Assembly (NCBI GenBank): GCA_049969675.1
Contig: JBMFOP010000065.1
Location: 1-18,057, forward strand
DNA: 18,057 nt
Reading direction: 5' to 3'
DNA from: Myxococcota bacterium
GTDB taxonomy: Bacteria > Myxococcota > SpSt-1050
Position 1 is the first letter of the stretch. The number at the start of each line of letters is the position of its first letter. Below the pieces are notes generated by a model. It ran no database searches. It was not told the DNA's origin and saw only the letters and a list, made by a program, of their open reading frames with translations. Both the position numbers and the translations under genes were made by a program. Of this stretch, positions 16,311 to 18,057 are shown piece by piece.

Positions 16311-17038
16311 TGGACTGTAGAGAGGTCAGAAATCTTACTACCTTTTATGTGGACGGACAGCTTGGTCCTGAAGAGAACAGAGAGATGGTAGAGCATATCT
16401 CAAGGTGTGAACCCTGTTATTTTTATGTAAGGCATGAAAGGTTTGCCAAGAGATTACTCAAACAACAGTTTGTATTGAGAGAGCCCCCCCTCAATCTAAT
16501 GTCAAATATATATCAGAAATACTCTGAGAGGAGAGATATCATCCCCATCCTTCTCAAATTTGCACCTGCTCTAATTCTTATAGTAATCCTTGCCCTTGCA
16601 CTAATATACAAAATAAATGAGCAGAGATTTGACAATAAGATATTCAGAAATATTACCAATCCACCACTCAGCGCATCTGTAACCGATATCAACAAGTTTT
16701 TTTCAATATTTAAGAATTCATCAGGTAAGATTCAGCTAAACAGGAACAATACCCCAAATATCAGATTCGTAGGTCTAAGATATAATAGGTTTGACGATAT
16801 GGATGCCGCTCACATATTTTACAAGCACAAAGGTAAAGATATCTCGGTCTTTACAATAAATGGCTCCATTAATAATAAGGCATACTTTAGTTCATTTAAA
16901 CCTTTTAAGGGGAATTCATTTATCCTTCAGAGAGAGGGAAAGAATCTTCTAATCTCAAGTGATAATGATATTACCTATGCGGTTGCGGGCGATGCCAATG
17001 AAGATGAACTCTATGAGATTCTCTCAAGCCTTAGATGA
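16310..17038 (+). CDS. Zinc-finger (HxxxCxxC, zf-HC2) membrane anti-sigma factor
   Basis: MDCREV...YVDGQL...HISRCEPC ZAS motif, one TM helix (FAPALILIVILALALIY), extracytoplasmic domain; overlaps the sigma stop (TGATG). Confidence 0.9.
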   Translation: MDCREVRNLTTFYVDGQLGPEENREMVEHISRCEPCYFYVRHERFAKRLLKQQFVLREPPLNLMSNIYQKYSERRDIIPILLKFAPALILIVILALALIYKINEQRFDNKIFRNITNPPLSASVTDINKFFSIFKNSSGKIQLNRNNTPNIRFVGLRYNRFDDMDAAHIFYKHKGKDISVFTINGSINNKAYFSSFKPFKGNSFILQREGKNLLISSDNDITYAVAGDANEDELYEILSSLR

Positions 17039-17820
17039 AGAATATCGCCGTCATAACTGATTTTGGAGATTCACATTATGCCGGTATAATAAAGGGGGTA
17101 ATCTCTTCAATAGATGAAAATATTAAGATTATTGATATTACTCATCATATAAGTCCACAGAATATAATTGAGGCGGCATTTATTCTGAAAGAATCAATGT
17201 TTTATTTTAAAGGAGATACAGTATTTCTTGTGGTTGTGGACCCATCTGTTGGCTCAAAGAGGCGAGGGATAGTAGTTAAATATAGGGATATGTATTTTGT
17301 GGGACCAGATAATGGCGTATTTGAATATGTTTTTAAGAGAGGGGATTATCATCTTTATGAAATAATTAGACCCGACTTCTTTACAGAAAATATTTCAAAT
17401 ACATTTCATGGTCGTGACATATTTGCCCCACTTGCTGCATACATTGCAGCCGAAAAAGACACTGGCGATATAATTAAAGAGGCACAGGACCCGGTCAGAC
17501 TCTCTATTCCAGAGCCCGAGATTCAGGAAAAGACTATCATCGGAGGGATACTCTATATAGATAGCTTTGGAAATCTCATCACAAATATACCTGCTGATAT
17601 GATAAAAGATAAGAGATGCTCCATTAAGATTAAGAATAGAAGGCTTGGAAGAATAAGAAACACATATAGTGATGTCCCTGTGGGCTTCCCTGTTGCCCTG
17701 ATAGGTTCATCAGGGATGGTTGAGATAGCGGTACATTCAGGCTCTGCTGAGAGGTGGTTTAATATCAAGAGGGATAGAATTAAGAATATCAAGATCTCAA
17801 TCAATATTCATAAGAGGTAG
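17035..17820 (+). CDS. SAM-dependent halogenase/SAM hydroxide adenosyltransferase family protein (DUF62)
   Basis: ITDFG, VVVDPSVGS, VGPDNG, SNTFHGRDIFAP and IDSFGN motifs; ATGA overlap with the anti-sigma stop. Confidence 0.92.
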   Translation: MKNIAVITDFGDSHYAGIIKGVISSIDENIKIIDITHHISPQNIIEAAFILKESMFYFKGDTVFLVVVDPSVGSKRRGIVVKYRDMYFVGPDNGVFEYVFKRGDYHLYEIIRPDFFTENISNTFHGRDIFAPLAAYIAAEKDTGDIIKEAQDPVRLSIPEPEIQEKTIIGGILYIDSFGNLITNIPADMIKDKRCSIKIKNRRLGRIRNTYSDVPVGFPVALIGSSGMVEIAVHSGSAERWFNIKRDRIKNIKISINIHKR

Positions 17821-17975
17821 AACTTTATTACAAAATTGACTAAAATTGATATCACAATTATGTAACCAGGTAAGTAAGCATGACTGATGAAATATCATTT
17901 TTTAGAAAAATTGGGTTATGAGGGTGTAAAAATCACACCGAACCTGTATGGTGTAATATTCATTATATCGCCTGA

Positions 17976-18011
17976 CACTTCTGTCCAGAATAATCTGATT
18001 AGAGAAGTTAA
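17976..18011 (+). repeat. Dispersed repeat family 1, copy C (first 36 bp only)
   Basis: CACTTCTGTCCAGAATAATCTGATTAGAGAAGTTAA; 34/36 identical to copy B. Confidence 0.9.
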
Positions 18012-18013
18012 GC

Positions 18014-18054
18014 CCTGATTCTGCATAGCCACAACCAAAATACTTGTAAAACCT
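18014..18054 (+). repeat. Dispersed repeat family 2, second copy (probably continues beyond the window)
   Basis: CCTGATTCTGCATAGCCACAACCAAAATACTTGTAAAACCT; 34/41 identical to the reverse complement of 10831-10871. Confidence 0.8.
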
Positions 18055-18057
18055 TCT

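Noticed and set aside
17035..17820. Fluorinase/chlorinase for halometabolite synthesis
   Set aside because: The TFHGRD His motif and absence of a biosynthetic cluster fit the common DUF62 SAM hydroxide adenosyltransferase better.
17832..17850. AAAATTGAC-T-AAAATTGAT direct repeat as a regulator site
   Set aside because: Short, AT-rich, and no downstream gene visible in the window.

Overview
Low-GC bacterial chromosomal window. The Cys-rich secreted proteins, acidic-linker lipoproteins and HEAT/HD-GYP pair suggest Myxococcota/Deltaproteobacteria, which is an inference. Left to right: the 5' part of tuf preceded by the classic tRNA-Thr/Tyr/Gly/Thr cluster; a beta-propeller-like lipoprotein; tRNA-Glu and tRNA-Lys; two adjacent, apparently broken paralogous Cys-rich surface-protein genes; dihydrolipoyl dehydrogenase; a ~1 kb intergenic region with an inverted-repeat-bounded segment and a tandem array of small hairpins; a modular GH16 lipoprotein; a MaoC dehydratase; a HEAT-repeat protein plus a degenerate HD-GYP protein; and an iscS, small CxxC protein, ECF sigma, zinc anti-sigma, DUF62 SAM-hydrolase cluster. 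The strongest unexplained signals are two families of dispersed intergenic repeats that look like IS/MITE ends (one apparently nested in the other, one supplying a gene's stop codon), the hairpin tandem array, and two abrupt junctions in the Cys-rich genes. No transposase, integrase, cas gene or CRISPR array is visible.
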